From an uncultured delta proteobacterium (lineage in GTDB: Bacteria > Desulfobacterota > Syntrophobacteria > BM002): DNA of 64,000 nt. The stretch is from positions 1 through 64,000 of the forward strand of contig CAVQGX010000042.1 in assembly GCA_963712115.1 (NCBI GenBank). Direction: 5' to 3'. This document shows positions 8,945 through 18,344 of the stretch, piece by piece (position 1 is the first letter of the stretch; each line of letters begins with the position of its first letter). The position numbers were made by a program, and so were the translations under genes. Below the pieces are notes generated by a model that saw only the letters and a program-made list of their open reading frames with translations, ran no database searches and had not been told where the DNA came from.

Positions 8945-8961
8945 GTGGCATATTTCCTGCT
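8945..8961 (+). promoter_or_regulatory. sigma54 promoter
   Basis: GTGGCATATTTCCTGCT upstream of the ATG at 9008. Confidence 0.6.
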
Positions 8962-9054
8962 AATTTAGTTGAACTTGCAAATGCAATTTTATACACGGAG
9001 TAACACTATGGTTGAAAAGGAAAAACGCACACATCATAGAGCCAAGCTATCAAT

Positions 9055-10293
9055 ACCGGAAGGCATCCTGTACGCACCGGACTCCTAAGTGTCCTGTGGC
9101 CGGGCCAGACCGAGGGACTGTCCCCTGAAGAGGTTACCCTGGCCGAGGTGCTCTCCAAGGCCGGTTACCAAACGGCCATGTGGGGCAAATGGCATCTAGG
9201 CGAACTGCCCGAGCAAGCGCCTGAAAACCAGGGGTACGACTACGCTTACTATGGCCTGTTCAACGGCGCTCCTGATGCATGGCCGGACAGTGCGGCGCTT
9301 TTCAACCAACCGACACCGGCCAAAGGCCCATTCTATGATTATCCCGGTAATGAGAAATACAAGGAGATGACGGGCATCGATCTCGACGGGCCAGCCGGTT
9401 ACGTGGGTCGCAAGGGCAAGGGTCGTGAGCCCATCGAGGGACTTGCCGGGACATTGAGCATCAAGCGCCAGGATGCCTTCGAGAAGGAATCTATACGCCA
9501 GATCCTTGACTATGTAAAGGAAAAGGCCAAATCTGAAAGTCCATTCTTCATCTACTGGGCCACATACACCCAGCAGATGACCGGCGCTGAGGATTACCAG
9601 AATGCGCCGCATGTGGATCGGGCCAACGCCCAGGCCTCGATGATGGCCCAGCACAACGCACACGTGCAGAGCCTTTTGCAAACTTTGAAGGACGAGGGAA
9701 TTGCCGAGAACACGCTCGTTGTCTGGTGGAGCGACAACGGGCCGATGTATGCGTTTTATCCGACTTCCGGCTATTCCTGGCTCCGTGGCGGAAAGGGCTC
9801 TGTTACCGAAGGTGGCGTGCGGGTGCCTGCCATGGCGTGGTGGCCGGGAATGATTGAACCCAATCAGGATCCCGCCGATATGATCCACCTTGTGGATCTT
9901 TACACTACCGCCGCGCGAATTGGCGGTGCGCTAGACAAGGTTCCCTCTGATAGGGTAACCGCCGGCATTGATCAGACCGCCTTGCTCCTGCTGGGTGAGA
10001 GTCACTCACGGCGCAATTACATGTTTCATTACAGCGGTGGCCAAATCGGTGCATTGCGTTACGAGGATTTTAAAATTCTCATGACAGGCCCCGGACACGG
10101 CGGCCTTCCCGGCATGGACTTCTATAATGTCCGGCGAGACCCAGGAGAGAAATTCGGTGCAATGTATCCTGGGCTTTTTGCAGTTACGCCCATTCAAAAT
10201 CACCTGAGGGATCATATGATGATGATTAGAAAGTTCCCGCACCGCCAGTCCGAGACCATGCCCAAAGGCGCGGAGATGACACCGCATGATTAA
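9055..10293 (+). pseudogene. 5'-truncated arylsulfatase
   Basis: The frame reads TGRHPVRTG...GYQTAMWGKWHLG...SDNG...RGGKGSVTEGGVRVP. The N-terminus and catalytic CxPxR motif are absent. Confidence 0.8.
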
Positions 10294-10676
10294 TCGCCAG
10301 GGTTGAGGGAGGCTTGTCTGAGCCTCCTTCAACCTTAGTTGGGCATGATGTTCCGCTACGCATCGGCACCTGTGCCGAAGCATTCCTGGGGATAGCTTGT
10401 TTAGCACAGACGCCTACAATTACGCCCTAGGCCTGGCAGTTCGGCTTATGTACTAGGGGCGAGGTACTGAAGAGACTAGTTCTCGCCATGAGCGACATAG
10501 TGTCGATCGCTGAAGAACTACCAAATCATGTATGCGAAACTAGGCAGCCAGAATGTAACGTATCTGCTATCTATCTGGAGTCCCGACCATGCCTCAGAAT
10601 TTTCGATCTGCTAATCATATCTGGATGATCAAGGTGTTTATTGCAAGCGGTTATTTCCTGGGTAGATCGGTTTACC

Positions 10677-10742
10677 GAAACTGGAGATGACATACTTTAA
10701 TCCCCACTTTTGCATTTTAGGGACAGACACAACATCTGGGGT
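10677..10742. repeat. Type-A repeated site A4
   Basis: GAAACTGGAGATGA-CATACTT-TAATCCCCACTTTTGC...ACACAACATCTGGGGT. Confidence 0.88.
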
Positions 10743-10786
10743 TATGGCGATATTCATTTTTCAAAAAGTCCCAAGATTCCTTAATC

Positions 10787-12192
10787 TGTTATTGACAAGT
10801 GATTTGTCCGGTTCATTTTGACAAATGAAATGTCCGCTCCATAGTTTTCAGTCCTCCCCCTGTTACCATGACGAGGCTTTAGCAACGGGGATACGGTTGG
10901 ATGCCTGGAGTTCAGTGCTGTGAGTTACTTGTTTTGGTACCGGCTTTCCTTTGGCATTGTAGCGACCCAGCAATCTAGTACCCCACCAGACAGTGTGTGT
11001 ATTATCGAGGTGTTTTCGCACAATAACACGTAAGCCTGCACAGGAGGCTCTTCCTGGCTGTTTGTCTATTTGGAGTCGCACCTTGTTCATGACCACAGTA
11101 TTGTCTTTAGCGACAGTGCGACCTTCTTCGAGACAGAGAATTTGGTTGAGGTTAGCGTTGCCAGCAGTGACAAAAGCACTTTGTGGGAGAGCTGGCTCTC
11201 TTTTGAATTCTTGATTGTACTGAGGCAAAAAGCGCTGACGCAGATACCGATTTGCCCCTTTGATGGTGGAGATTCTAGCGATTCGCAACTCATTAACCAA
11301 CCGATCCTGTAGGGTGCGATTGATGCGCTCACTTCGTCCTCGTGCTTGCGGCGAGTAGGAGGGAATATGCTCTACGCCGAGACGAGCCAAACAGCGTCCA
11401 ACTTGGGTGAGGTTTTCCTTGTCCACCCGACCTCCTGCCTTGGGAGTATGGAAGGCCCAGCTGGCCCGATCGGTATACAGTGCCATGGGGATCCCGTAGG
11501 TTTCTGTGACCTCGCCCAGGGCTGTCATCACCGCCCAGGTGGACTCTTTTTTCCACAGCTGGGCATACAGAAGACCGTTGGTGGCGTCATCGACTACGGT
11601 AATCATCGTTTGGTATTGCTCTGCGTTTCGGGCCAACCACCTATGACGGCTGCCATCCAGATGGAGCATTTCTCCAAACAGGGCCCGGCGCTCTCGTCTT
11701 TTGCGGTGTCTGCCGCGTTTACGTCTTTTTTTGACTAGGCCTGCTTCCTGGAGTGCTTTTTTGACAAAGCTGTATGAAAGGCTTACTTCATGTTCTCTGC
11801 GTGCAATCCCATGGAAATGGCGGACATTAAAGCCCTGATATCGCTCGCGGTAGAGGCGAAGTACCTTCTCAACCTCCGCCACCGGTGCCCGACGGGGCGA
11901 GGGTTTTCCTGTACGACGGTCCAAAAGACCGTCATAGCCATAGAGCTCGTAGCGCCCTCTCCAACGCCTCAAACTACGTGGGCTTATCGCCAAAATGTCA
12001 GCTGCTTGTGTCCACTTCAACTGTCCGCTCATCGCTCTAAGGATCACTTCTTGAATCTTCATTGCCCGCTCCAGCGCGGATGGCCCGTACAGTTTCATAG
12101 GCAACCCTCCTCGGTTACCTTTGTACAGCCTTCCGCCGAAAAGCGGACATTTCATTTGTTAAAATATGCGGTCACATTATGTACCAACTACA
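10787..12192 (-). mobile_element. IS1202-family (ISNCY) insertion sequence with 16-bp target duplication
   Basis: TGT...ACA ends; inverted internal ACAAATGAAATGTCCGC at both ends; direct repeat CCAAGATTCCTTAATC at 10771-10786 and 12193-12208. Confidence 0.9.
10863..12098 (-). CDS. DDE transposase (ISNCY/IS1202 family)
   Basis: N-terminal HTH; GEMLHLDGSRHRW...VDDAT...YTDR...SPQARGRSER..TLQDRL. Confidence 0.9.
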   Translation of the reverse strand: MKLYGPSALERAMKIQEVILRAMSGQLKWTQAADILAISPRSLRRWRGRYELYGYDGLLDRRTGKPSPRRAPVAEVEKVLRLYRERYQGFNVRHFHGIARREHEVSLSYSFVKKALQEAGLVKKRRKRGRHRKRRERRALFGEMLHLDGSRHRWLARNAEQYQTMITVVDDATNGLLYAQLWKKESTWAVMTALGEVTETYGIPMALYTDRASWAFHTPKAGGRVDKENLTQVGRCLARLGVEHIPSYSPQARGRSERINRTLQDRLVNELRIARISTIKGANRYLRQRFLPQYNQEFKREPALPQSAFVTAGNANLNQILCLEEGRTVAKDNTVVMNKVRLQIDKQPGRASCAGLRVIVRKHLDNTHTVWWGTRLLGRYNAKGKPVPKQVTHSTELQASNRIPVAKASSW

Positions 12193-12263
12193 CCAAGATT
12201 CCTTAATCTTGACTACCTACACTGCTTTGTGCCAATATGTCGACTCTGACCAAAGGAGGAAAC

Positions 12264-12701
12264 ATGAGCCGAGTTATAATCCTTGTCGCGATAACATTTG
12301 CACTTGTTACCTCGTTTGCCTTTGCAGACGAACAATACCGATGTACGGCCGACAGTGCCTCTGGTTTTTATTTCAACAGAGCAGCAGAGAGTTGGCAGCG
12401 CACAAAAATTAAGGCAGACTCTAAGTACACAATATCGAAGCCCGAGGGCAGTAAGTGGGCATTCGAGGTTCGCGAGATGGGAAACTTCTCTCCAATCGCT
12501 ACATGCCAGGATGGGTTCGATGAGGCGGGGTTTCTCTTTTGCAAGGCAACGGGTTACGATTTTAGATTCAACCGGAAGAACGGCCGTTATCTTGCCGCCT
12601 ATCTCCTCGGCTACTATAATGTCCTCCCAGGGGACAAGGAGATAACCGATGCAAAAAGTGCTAGGCCATATATAGAAATTGGCACGTGCTCCCCAATTTG
12701 A
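12264..12701 (+). CDS. Secreted hypothetical protein (cargo between A4 and B4)
   Basis: AGGAGG RBS, signal peptide MSRVIILVAITFALVTSFAFA, four Cys. Confidence 0.75.
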   Translation: MSRVIILVAITFALVTSFAFADEQYRCTADSASGFYFNRAAESWQRTKIKADSKYTISKPEGSKWAFEVREMGNFSPIATCQDGFDEAGFLFCKATGYDFRFNRKNGRYLAAYLLGYYNVLPGDKEITDAKSARPYIEIGTCSPI

Positions 12702-12791
12702 ACACCAGCCAAAGGCCTCTCCAGCCGCGCACCACAAACAACGTCCCTGGCCACAATACACTCACTTTCTCGGTGACTGTCAGTTGAAAGT

Positions 12792-12859
12792 AGACAAGAT
12801 CTTGTGCCAGATTCAAATCCAGCAAAATGTGAATTAAGGGATGTAATCCACAGTTTGCT
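12792..12859. repeat. Type-B repeated site B4 (most symmetric core)
   Basis: AGCAAAATGTGAATTA-AGGGATG-TAATCCACAGTTTGCT, arms 14/16 inverted-identical; box AGACAAGATCTTGTGC at 12792-12807. Confidence 0.9.
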
Positions 12860-13069
12860 CCCCCCATTTTTGCCACCCGCCCAAACTGCCAAAGATTGTG
12901 CTTTCTCTTGACAGCAAACGCCCCAGTAGCCTAATCTGAAACAAGTTCAATCTTCTCGTTCCAGCTCATTCTCGAGCGATCATATTTCTGAATCTGACCT
13001 GCCCTTGCCCTGTTCAAGTTCACTGCTTTTATCAGCTTGTCCTCTCCAACGCTTACAAGAGATATTGGC

Positions 13070-16000
13070 ATGGCAACAGAAGACTTCAAGCGTAAGCTCA
13101 CCGCAATCCTCAGTGCCGATGTCAAAGGTTACAGCCGCCTCATGGGCGAAGATGACCAGGCCACCGTCCGCACCATTACAGCTTACCGGGAGGTTATTAC
13201 TGGGGTTGTACAGAAACACAGAGGCCGGGTTGTGGACTCTCCAGGCGACAACATACTGGCAGAATTTGCCAGTGTGATAGACGCAGTTGGCAGTGCGGTG
13301 GAGATCCAAGAGGAACTCAGGGCAAAAAACGCTGAACTGCCTGAAGATCGCAGGATGGAATTCCGCATTGGAGTCAACCTTGGTGATGTGATCCATGAAG
13401 AAGAGCGGATATATGGCGATGGAGTCAACGTCGCTGCCAGAGTAGAGAGCCTAGCTGAGGCTGGAGGTATATGTGTCTCTGGTACCGTATTTGACCAGAT
13501 CGAAAGCAAGCTTCCCTTGGGGTACGAGTACCTCGGGGAGCAGAGTGTAAAGAATATCTCTAAGCCGGTGCGGATCTATAAAGCTCTTATGGATCCCGAG
13601 GCAGTGGGAAAAGTTATTGGGGAGCAAAAGGCTGAGCCAAGGCGAGGGCAAAGAATAGCTCTTGTGGTGGTGACCGCACTCCTTCTGATAGTAGGCGGTC
13701 TGCTGATTTGGCGTACTGCCTTCCCACCAGTGCAAGTCGCCTCTGTGGACAAGATGGCCTTTCCTTTGCCTGACAGACCTTCCATCGCAGTCTTGCCGTT
13801 TGACAACCTGAGCAAAGACCCAGAGCAGGAATATTTCAGCGATGGGCTCACTGAGGAGATCATCTCTGCACTTAGCAGCGTTCCAAAACTCTTTGTAATT
13901 GCTCGAAACTCCACATTCACCTACAAAGGCAAACCCGTAAAGGTACAACAGGTTAGTGAGGAATTGGGGGTTCGGTATGTTTTAGAAGGGAGCGTTAGAA
14001 AGAGTGGAGACAAGATAAGAATAACAGCTCAGTTGGTCGACGCAATTAATGGGCATCATTTATGGGCGGAAAAGTATGATCGAAACATAGATGACATATT
14101 TGCCGTTCAAGACGAGATCACCAAAAGAATCATCACGGCCATGCAGGTAAAACTGACGGTGGGCGAGCAAGTCCGAACTGCTGCCAGAGGCACAAATAAC
14201 CTTGAGGCCTATCTGAAGTGCTTGCAGGCGAATGAGTATATGCACCAGATTAATCCAGAGAGTAATGCTTTAGGAAAGCGATTGGCAGAGGAAGCCATTG
14301 CTTTAGACCCAGAGTATGCTTGGGCATACTATGTTCTAGGTAGAGGCCACATGCTTGACGTGTGGGTTAAAGCCAGTAAATCACCAAAGGAGTCCATAGG
14401 GAAGGCCATAGGATTAGTGCAAAAGGCTATTGCCTTAGATGACACAAATGTTGATGCTCAAGGCCTTTTGGCATTCCTATATTCAATGACAAGACAGTAT
14501 GACAAGTCCATTGTTCAAGCGGAGAAGGCCTTGGCCCTTAATCCCAATTCAGCTTGGGCCCATTTCGCTGTGGGTAAGACACTTAGTTTTGCCGGCAGGT
14601 GGGGGGAATCCATTCCGGAATATAAGAAAGCGATACGTGTTAATCCTATCCCGCCGGGCAATCAACTCTGGAGTTTAGGATTGTCCTATGCCTATACGGG
14701 GCAATACGACGAGGCAATACAATGGTGTGAAAAAGCAGTCCGTCAAGAGCCTAATGATCTATTAGCCCGCATGATGATGACTGTGGTTTATAGCTTGTCA
14801 GGAAGAGATGAGCAAGCTCGAGTTCAAGCCGCTGAAGTACTAAGGATACAACCCAAGCTTTCTATTAAGAAATTTGAAAAGAAGCTCACATACAAAAGGA
14901 AAGAGGACAGAGAGAAGTTTCTCGGCGCCTTGCGCAAGGCAGGGCTACCCGATGAGCCACCACTACCGCTACCGGACAAACCTTCTATTGCGGTGCTTGC
15001 CTTCGATAATATGAGTGCTGATCCTAAGCAGGAATATCTCGCTGACGGCATCACCGAACATATCATTTTCGCCCTTTCCAAGCTCTCGAAACTATTTGTC
15101 ATTGCCCGGCATTCGTCATTCGCTTACAAGGGCAAGCCCGTGAAGGTTCAGCAGGTGGGCAGGGAATTGGGTGTTCGGTATGTTATGGAAGGTAGCGTCC
15201 AAAGAGCAGGCGACCGCCTGCGGATAACGGCACAGCTTATTGATGCGACAACAGGGAATCACCTGTGGTCCAACAGCTATATTCGAGAGTTGAAAGACCT
15301 GTTTGCCATACAAGATGACATTACAAAGAATATCATCACGGCCATTCAAGTGAAACTGACAGAAGGGGAGCAAGCCCGAGCTGCTGCAAAGGGCACAGAT
15401 AACCTCGAGGCTTACCTCAAGTACTTACAAGCCAATGAGTTGATTCACCAGATTAATATAGAGAGTAATGCTTTGGCAAAGAAATTGGCAGAAGAAGCCG
15501 TTGCCTTAGACCCAGAGTATGCTATGGCTTACAAGGTTCTAGGGCAATCTCACATGTTGGATATATGGCTCAGAACCAGCAAATCCCGCAAAGCTTCTAT
15601 GGCGAAGGCCATGGAGTTAGTGCATAAGGCTATTGTCTTGGATGACTCCTATGCTGAAGCCCACGCCCTTTTGGGCTATCTATATACAATGACAAAGCAG
15701 TATGAAAAGGGCATTGCCCAAGCGGAGAAGGCCTTGGCCCTTAATCCCAATTCAGCTGAATCACATATGAGATTGGGTAAGACACTTAGTTTTGCCGGCA
15801 GGTGGGGGGAATCCATTCCAGTATATAAAAAAGCGATACGCCTTAATCCTATCCCGCAGAATATCTACTTCTATAGTTTGGGGATCTCCTACTTTTATAC
15901 GGGGCAATACGATGAGGCAATTGAATGGTGTGAAAAAGCAGTCCGTCAAGAGCCCGATTCTCTATACGCCCGAATAATGATGACTTTGGTTTATAGTGAT

Positions 16001-16144
16001 TCAGGAAGGCTAGAGGAAGCACGGGCTCAAGCCGCAGAAGTGCTCAGGATACAACCCAAGTACACTGTCAAAAGAGGCGCATACAAGAGGAAAGAGGATA
16101 CAGACCGGATGGTTAGTGCGCTACACAGGGCGGGTCTGAAATAA
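13070..16144 (+). CDS. Class III adenylate/guanylate cyclase-domain protein with TM and duplicated TolB-like/TPR modules
   Basis: RKLTAILSADVKGYSRLM...GDNILAEF...FRIGVNLGDV...GDGVNVAAR; PSIAVL(P/A)FDN(L/M)S occurs twice; TPR repeats. Confidence 0.92.
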   Translation: MATEDFKRKLTAILSADVKGYSRLMGEDDQATVRTITAYREVITGVVQKHRGRVVDSPGDNILAEFASVIDAVGSAVEIQEELRAKNAELPEDRRMEFRIGVNLGDVIHEEERIYGDGVNVAARVESLAEAGGICVSGTVFDQIESKLPLGYEYLGEQSVKNISKPVRIYKALMDPEAVGKVIGEQKAEPRRGQRIALVVVTALLLIVGGLLIWRTAFPPVQVASVDKMAFPLPDRPSIAVLPFDNLSKDPEQEYFSDGLTEEIISALSSVPKLFVIARNSTFTYKGKPVKVQQVSEELGVRYVLEGSVRKSGDKIRITAQLVDAINGHHLWAEKYDRNIDDIFAVQDEITKRIITAMQVKLTVGEQVRTAARGTNNLEAYLKCLQANEYMHQINPESNALGKRLAEEAIALDPEYAWAYYVLGRGHMLDVWVKASKSPKESIGKAIGLVQKAIALDDTNVDAQGLLAFLYSMTRQYDKSIVQAEKALALNPNSAWAHFAVGKTLSFAGRWGESIPEYKKAIRVNPIPPGNQLWSLGLSYAYTGQYDEAIQWCEKAVRQEPNDLLARMMMTVVYSLSGRDEQARVQAAEVLRIQPKLSIKKFEKKLTYKRKEDREKFLGALRKAGLPDEPPLPLPDKPSIAVLAFDNMSADPKQEYLADGITEHIIFALSKLSKLFVIARHSSFAYKGKPVKVQQVGRELGVRYVMEGSVQRAGDRLRITAQLIDATTGNHLWSNSYIRELKDLFAIQDDITKNIITAIQVKLTEGEQARAAAKGTDNLEAYLKYLQANELIHQINIESNALAKKLAEEAVALDPEYAMAYKVLGQSHMLDIWLRTSKSRKASMAKAMELVHKAIVLDDSYAEAHALLGYLYTMTKQYEKGIAQAEKALALNPNSAESHMRLGKTLSFAGRWGESIPVYKKAIRLNPIPQNIYFYSLGISYFYTGQYDEAIEWCEKAVRQEPDSLYARIMMTLVYSDSGRLEEARAQAAEVLRIQPKYTVKRGAYKRKEDTDRMVSALHRAGLK

Positions 16145-16157
16145 GGGGAGGTAAACA

Positions 16158-16961
16158 ATGAGCTTCGTCAAATCTATGCAATGGGTCAGTGAGAATCTTA
16201 CCAAGACAGTCGAGTTCTATGATGCAGAAATACTCATGGTCTATTTTGAAACGACCACATCTGCCGTGGAGAAGCTGCTTCCACCGCCGCTTGAGCCTGC
16301 ATCAGCGCCTCTCGGTATTGTCTTCGTCGCCAACTATCCCAGCACCAGTTTTCGTGTGAAGTATCTGGAAAGTGGCCTGTTCTTGCGTGCGGCTTTCCAG
16401 GGAGATGAAGGAAACTATTGCCTTTCGATGCCTGTTACGGACCACATGGCCATGATCCTTGGTCGCGAGATCTTCGGGTATCCCAAGAAAATCGGCCATA
16501 TCCACCTACAACGTAACGGGGAAAACGTTGAGGGCTGGACCGAGCGTCACGGAGTGCGTTTTCTGGATATCAAGGCAAGACTCACCGGCAGATTCAAGGA
16601 TGAGTACACGCAGAAAGTGATGGCTAAGGTCTTGCAGCCTCCCATGGATCCAATAATATACAACTTCAAGTACTTTCCTGCGCCGGAAAGGGTTGGCTTC
16701 GACTACAATCCACGCCTGGTAAGAGAAGTAGTGAATATACGCCCAAAGCAAGTGGAGATCGGCGAGGCTGAAATCACGCTCAGGTCCTCGGACCATGATC
16801 CGTGGGGCGACGTAGATGTTGTCCGTGTGCTGGGTGCGGTATATACCATAGGCGATAACACAATGCAGCCAGGCAGTGTCGTAGCTGAAGTGGATCAGAC
16901 GGAATTCGCACCGTACGCCTTCATGAAGCTAGATGTTTTCCATTCCACTGAGGATCAATAA
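16158..16961 (+). CDS. Acetoacetate decarboxylase family protein
   Basis: LLPPPLEP...YLESGL...GREIFGYPKKIG (Schiff-base Lys motif). Confidence 0.88.
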   Translation: MSFVKSMQWVSENLTKTVEFYDAEILMVYFETTTSAVEKLLPPPLEPASAPLGIVFVANYPSTSFRVKYLESGLFLRAAFQGDEGNYCLSMPVTDHMAMILGREIFGYPKKIGHIHLQRNGENVEGWTERHGVRFLDIKARLTGRFKDEYTQKVMAKVLQPPMDPIIYNFKYFPAPERVGFDYNPRLVREVVNIRPKQVEIGEAEITLRSSDHDPWGDVDVVRVLGAVYTIGDNTMQPGSVVAEVDQTEFAPYAFMKLDVFHSTEDQ

Positions 16962-16968
16962 GCTAGAT

Positions 16969-17036
16969 AGTAAACTTCATATTACATACTTTAATCCACA
17001 CTTCTGCTATTTTGATATATCCACCACATTTTGTGC
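16969..17036. repeat. Type-A repeated site A5
   Basis: AGTAAACTTCATATTA-CATACTT-TAATCCACACTTCTGC...CCACCACATTTTGTGC. Confidence 0.88.
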
Positions 17037-17142
17037 TGCGGCTTCTAGTGGGAAAAGTGATCATATGAAAAAGCTACCTCCTTCGAGGCCCTAGGTGTTA
17101 AATGGGCCTTGGGGATAACCAAAACAAAAGGAGGTAGCCACC

Positions 17143-18160
17143 ATGTATTATACCGGGATTGATTTACACAAGAAAACATCTTTTATTACTACAATCGATG
17201 CACGTGGAAAGATCGTCACCAGAGCCAACCTGCAGAATGTGGAAGAGAACATTTTGGCTTACTTTGCACAATCTAGGAGACGAGACTAAGATCGTCATTG
17301 AATCTATGGCATCGTGGTACTGGCTTTACGATCTTCTCACTGGAGAGGGTTTTGAGGTTGTGATCTCCAATCCAGTGAAGACCAAGGCCATTGCTTCGGC
17401 CAAGATCAAAAACGACAAGGTGGACTCTCATATGCTGGCTCAGCTTCTCAGGGCTGATTTGATCTCTACGGTTCATGTCAGCAGCCTTGAGACCCGTAAA
17501 CTCAAGGAACTTCTGCGTCATAGAAACAAATTGGTTCGAGATGCCACCCGCATGAAGAACCGTATCCATATGCTGCTGATGAAGAACAATTTTAGAAGTC
17601 CTTTTAGCGATCTTTTTGGTGTTCAGGGCCTGAGGTATCTGGAAGAGATTGACTTGCCAGATTACCATCGCCAACACGTTGAGACCTATCTTTTGCTCTA
17701 TGAAAGGCTCCAAGAGCAGATCGAGCCTTTAACCAAGAGAGTGCGTGCCCTGGCAAAGGAAAATCACACAGCCCAACTTCTTATGACTATCCCTGGCATT
17801 GGACCTATCACAGCCATGTTTATTGTAGCGGAGGTAGATGATATCTCCCGGTTTCGCTCATATCGGAACCTGGCTTCTTACGCCGGCCTGGTGCCTTCGT
17901 TAGATGCCAGTGCTGGCAAAGAGAAAAGGGGTAGGATCACCAAACAGGGATCCCGCTACCTGAGAACCGCTCTGGTCGAGGCTGCCCAGGCTGCAGCCAG
18001 AATGCAAAACTGCAGGTTGCGTGTTTTCTTCCGCAGAAGAATCGTCAAGGCGGGCTATCAAAAGGCCATTGTGGCCACAGCCCATAAGATCTTGCAGTAC
18101 GCTTTCTACGTTTGGAAAAACCAAACACCTTACAAGGAGACCTATCCTGTTTGCGCGTAA
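17143..18160 (+). pseudogene. IS110 transposase with one frameshift near 17263
   Basis: ATG at 17143 after AAGGAGG gives MYYTGIDLHK... The frame changes to ...IVIES...KNDKVDS...TIPGIG...YAGLVPS..SAG...GRITKQG. Confidence 0.85.
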
Positions 18161-18331
18161 CCCGTTAATTCACATGGCCCACAAAGGTGAGGCCGAGAAA
18201 GTGATTGGGACGCCGTTTATCAGATGCATGATAGTGTGACACCTTTGGGTGAACACGGATAGGTGTTTGGCGATGAGCCCAATATAGTGGGTCCAGGCGG
18301 ACAGTTAACAGAGCTTTTTTACTTGACAACC
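18161..18331 (+). ncRNA. Putative IS110 bridge/seek RNA region
   Basis: 3' non-coding end containing TTAATTCACA and GAAAGTG (match the target site) and ATAGGTG (matches the donor end). Confidence 0.6.
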
Positions 18332-18344
18332 AGCTTTTTCATAG

